A stretch of 35,881 nucleotides of DNA from a virus. Taxonomy: Duplodnaviria; Caudoviricetes. The stretch spans positions 1 through 35,881 of the IMG/VR virus record IMGVR_UViG_3300048855_000201; one strand, 5' to 3'. The translations under genes were made by a program, and so were the position numbers. Under the pieces are notes generated by a model. It worked only from the letters and a program-made list of their open reading frames with translations, was not told the DNA's origin and did no database searches. Of this stretch, positions 33,190-35,881 are shown piece after piece (within the stretch, counting starts at the first letter, position 1; each line of letters starts with the position of its first letter).

Positions 33190-33747
33190 ATGAAGACTAT
33201 CTTAGTGGCAGCATTATTGCTGCCCATAGCTGCCTGCGCCAGCGTAACGGTGCAGAGGGTGACAGATCCTGCTAATCAACTCGGCGTGCGGTACTGGAGG
33301 CCCACTCCTTACCTCGTGCTCGAACAGGTCACCGAAGAAAAATCCATGAGATGCAACGTCAAAGTAATTATGCTTCCTGACAAATCGGAAGAGTATGCCA
33401 TTACCTTCCATTCGGGTTGGGGTACTGCGGAGGCATCGCCAGTTCTTCAGGACGGCTGGAATCTCACGAGCATGACGGGCAAGGCGGACTCCAAAACCGC
33501 CGAGAATCTAACTGCAATAGCAGGGCTGATAACGGCAATAACCCCACTAACTCTCTCCAACCCTCCCGGATTTGCACCGGGGACGCGCCGCGCATTACGC
33601 GAAACAAGATCTACTCCAAAGTGCGAGGGGTTGATCAAGATAATCTACGACAACGCCGGGAACATCTCTGGATTCCAGAGAATTTCCATTCCAGTGGATT
33701 ACACAACTACTACGAGAACTATAATCCTGCCATCGACGATACCTTGA
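33190..33747 (+). CDS. Lipoprotein of unknown function
   Basis: Lipobox IAAC; G.RYWRP.PYL, LPD..EEY.I, L.DGW.LT; GAGG RBS; lower GC. Confidence 0.75.
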   Translation: MKTILVAALLLPIAACASVTVQRVTDPANQLGVRYWRPTPYLVLEQVTEEKSMRCNVKVIMLPDKSEEYAITFHSGWGTAEASPVLQDGWNLTSMTGKADSKTAENLTAIAGLITAITPLTLSNPPGFAPGTRRALRETRSTPKCEGLIKIIYDNAGNISGFQRISIPVDYTTTTRTIILPSTIP

Positions 33748-33833
33748 GCTCCTCGCCATCATTTTCATAGTAGAGCAATCGTCCTGCGACAGACGGGGCC
33801 AAGCCGCAGAGGTGGGTTGCCGGATCGATCTCG

Positions 33834-33947
33834 GTTCCGCGATCCGGCAACTTGCCACCGACTTCTCCGGGCTGTTCCGCCCCTGATCCGCAACGCGATC
33901 ATCCATTCCATAACGCGGAACACCACTCTTTCCGAGACGCGGAACAC
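33834..33947. repeat. Four GCGGAAC boxes (two inverted, two direct)
   Basis: GTTCCGCG 33834-33841, TGTTCCGC 33873-33880, ACGCGGAACAC at 33913-33923 and 33937-33947. Confidence 0.55.
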
Positions 33948-33986
33948 GCGCTAGGATGACTTTCTTTCAAATGCGAGCCATTTGTC

Positions 33987-34646
33987 ATGATCGCAAGAAT
34001 TTTGCTATCCGCAGCCTTGTTGGCGCCCTTTTCAATCGCTCAGGCAGACGAACTTGAGGATGATTTGCAACTTTGCCGAGACACTTCGGACACCAAGCTA
34101 CGACTGGAGTGCTATGACAGGGTGATTGCGCGGCAATACCCGGCACCAAAGCCGACCACCGAAAGTCAAGAAGCGCCAGCAGCCCAAGCGGCCGCCACAT
34201 CCGCGTGGCACAATTTCACTGATAAAGACGGTATGAGCGATTTTGAAAATTCAACCTGGGGTGTTTTTGCCGACGACACGATCTCAGATAGCACGGGGCT
34301 CAAATCGGTGAAGCCATCGTTCGTTGCCCGTTGTAACGACAACGATACCGACGTCTTTGTGAATTGGAATCGTTACGTCACGACCGGTGGAATCGATAAT
34401 GACCAGACGGTCACTTATCGGATCGACGACAAGCGGGCAGTTCGTTCGGACTGGTCTATGTCCACCGATTTCGAGGCAACGTTCTCGCGGAGCTCAATCT
34501 CGCTCCTGCGCAGCATGAAGGGAGCCAAGCGCATCCAGGTTGCCACTATACCATACGGGGACGGCGAGGTCCGGGCATCGTTCGACATCACTGGCATCGA
34601 TGCGGTGATAGCTGATGTCTCAAAGAGATGCGGATGGAAGCCATAG
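33987..34646 (+). CDS. Exported protein, VasI/TagO-like
   Basis: Signal peptide, C....D...RL.CYD, D.M.D, P....RC....T..F..W, YRIDD, W..STD, TIPYG, F...G, C.W end. Confidence 0.7.
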   Translation: MIARILLSAALLAPFSIAQADELEDDLQLCRDTSDTKLRLECYDRVIARQYPAPKPTTESQEAPAAQAAATSAWHNFTDKDGMSDFENSTWGVFADDTISDSTGLKSVKPSFVARCNDNDTDVFVNWNRYVTTGGIDNDQTVTYRIDDKRAVRSDWSMSTDFEATFSRSSISLLRSMKGAKRIQVATIPYGDGEVRASFDITGIDAVIADVSKRCGWKP

Positions 34647-34692
34647 TACGCTTTTCTCGACGATCGGCAATTGCTCCGTGGGAGTTATCGAG

Positions 34693-35619
34693 ATGTCTGA
34701 AGAACCAGGTTCCTTTGAGGTAGAACTCGCCAAGGCTGTCGGCGAGATCGGGAAAGAGACCGCCCGCGACGTGAGGAAGATATTTGGACATGTTTTCGGC
34801 AAAGGCGCCTTACAAGTATCCGAAGCGATTTCAGATCAACTTGAGTTCTATAAATTTAGGAACCAAGTCAGATTGATATTAAAAGCTGAACGTCTAGTAA
34901 AAGATATTGGCATTGATCGTAATTCAATTAAATCTTTATCCTTTGCAGAGCAAGTTCGTATTCTAGATGCTGCGTCATTGGAAGACGAGGATGAGATACA
35001 GAATTTATGGGCCCATCTGACTGTCAACGCGATGATAGAGAATTCCGGAGTCCATATAAGGAAATCGTACTGTGATCTACTCAAATCTATTTCTCCGATT
35101 GAAGCTATGTTTCTCAATATTCTGCGCGAAAGCGAGAGCCATCTCCATCTCACAAACGATGTGGAGATTGCCGCGTTCGAAATCTTCTTGAATAAAATTA
35201 CCAAGGAATGGCGCTCTATAGAATCCCCAACACAGGAGACCGCGCTTCAGAATTTGGTCAGGCTACGATGCATATCATTTCGTCCATTTAATCTCTCTCA
35301 GAGGACCATATTTTACCAACTGCCTCACACCATATCGGCATCCGGCAAAGGACAGTTGGTAGATGGAGAAGGTCTGAAGAGAATTTTGGATCAGCTGTAC
35401 GAACTAGTCGCAGTGACATCCGGTGCCCGTCGGCATGATCGAAGCAAAGCCATTCCTATTACACGGTTCGGACGGCCGACGGGAGATAAGGTTAACGCCC
35501 CGGAGCTTAACTACATGCTCACGTCGCTGGGAAATGATCTAATGAACGCTTGCCGAAAACCGAGCACCCCTAACCGTTCTGCGACCGCAGCCTCGGGCCG
35601 ACGTGCAAAAAAGAAGTAG
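34693..35619 (+). CDS. Abi-alpha (DUF4393)-like abortive-infection protein
   Basis: D......FRN...I..KA, I.DAASLEDE.E.Q.LWA.L..NA, Y..LLK.ISP.EA..L, L.NL.RL, LT.LG..L..AC; AT-rich. Confidence 0.75.
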   Translation: MSEEPGSFEVELAKAVGEIGKETARDVRKIFGHVFGKGALQVSEAISDQLEFYKFRNQVRLILKAERLVKDIGIDRNSIKSLSFAEQVRILDAASLEDEDEIQNLWAHLTVNAMIENSGVHIRKSYCDLLKSISPIEAMFLNILRESESHLHLTNDVEIAAFEIFLNKITKEWRSIESPTQETALQNLVRLRCISFRPFNLSQRTIFYQLPHTISASGKGQLVDGEGLKRILDQLYELVAVTSGARRHDRSKAIPITRFGRPTGDKVNAPELNYMLTSLGNDLMNACRKPSTPNRSATAASGRRAKKK

Positions 35620-35653
35620 CACAGTGCTCGTTCGCAAAGGTATGCGATGCAGC

Positions 35654-35881
35654 TTAAGCCACGAGCTTTACCCCATGCTCGACAAACTCGATACCAGCCT
35701 CCTCCAGCGCTCGACGGATCGCAGCCAGGTTGTTCGCGTGAGGAGACCGAGCTCCCCGTTCGAAGTCGGTGATCGTCCGCTCTGCGAGGCCCGCGGCCTT
35801 CGCTAGCTGCTCGCGAGACATATCGAGCATAGCCCTCGCGCCCTTGCATTGGGCCATCGTGATCAAAGTTGCCGGATTCAT
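35654..35881 (-). CDS. XRE-family HTH regulator (short alphaproteobacterial type, no peptidase domain)
   Basis: IT.AQCK.ARA.L..S.EQLA.AAG....TI.DFE.G...P....L..I..ALE.AGIEF. Confidence 0.9.
   Translation of the reverse strand: MNPATLITMAQCKGARAMLDMSREQLAKAAGLAERTITDFERGARSPHANNLAAIRRALEEAGIEFVEHGVKLVA

Larger units (their letters stand above)
1..35881. mobile_element. Integrated prophage or satellite-like element with a P22-like podovirus virion module; true ends (att sites) probably lie outside the window
   Basis: Integrase at the left end, contiguous terS-to-tailspike operon on the minus strand, AlpA/helicase/iterons and XRE at the right; no housekeeping genes recognised. Confidence 0.9.

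Noticed and set aside
33987-34646. Type VI secretion locus
   Set aside because: Only one VasI/TagO-like gene; no core T6SS genes.
1-35881. att direct repeats, tRNA genes and IS elements
   Set aside because: None found by eye; the window starts and ends exactly on start codons, so boundaries are likely outside it.

Overview
GC-rich, almost certainly alphaproteobacterial integrated phage-like element (inferred from an alpha-type LexA box, GANTC clusters and an alpha-type XRE protein). The window runs from the start codon of a P4-type tyrosine integrase (1) to the start codon of an XRE HTH gene (35881), and no att sites are visible. Layout: (i) 1-8.3 kb, integrase plus accessory cargo: a secreted SNase-type nuclease, a LexA-box-led run containing two tandem SRAP/YedK genes (one lacking the catalytic Cys), a tandem pair of small paralogues, an AT-rich proteasome-beta/Ntn-fold gene in a 3-gene unit, and DUF3892 with a convergent partner. 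(ii) 8.4-28.4 kb, minus strand, an apparently complete P22-like podovirus virion operon (terS, terL, portal, scaffold, coat, gp4, gp10, needle-position gene, three ejection proteins, tailspike, two holin-like genes) with no recognisable endolysin, spanin or Q antiterminator. (iii) 28.4-33 kb, a serine resolvase with an active-site Arg->Pro change and its palindromic site, a GIY-YIG-like gene, a TGCACC iteron cluster, an AAA_25/RepA helicase and AlpA. (iv) 33-35.9 kb, a lipoprotein, a VasI/TagO-like exported protein, an Abi-alpha-like protein and XRE. The most striking point is a satellite (P4/PICI)-style int/alpA/helicase/iteron core joined to a full head+tail module while lacking lysis and late-control genes. 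All family calls come from motif recognition by eye, not from database searches.
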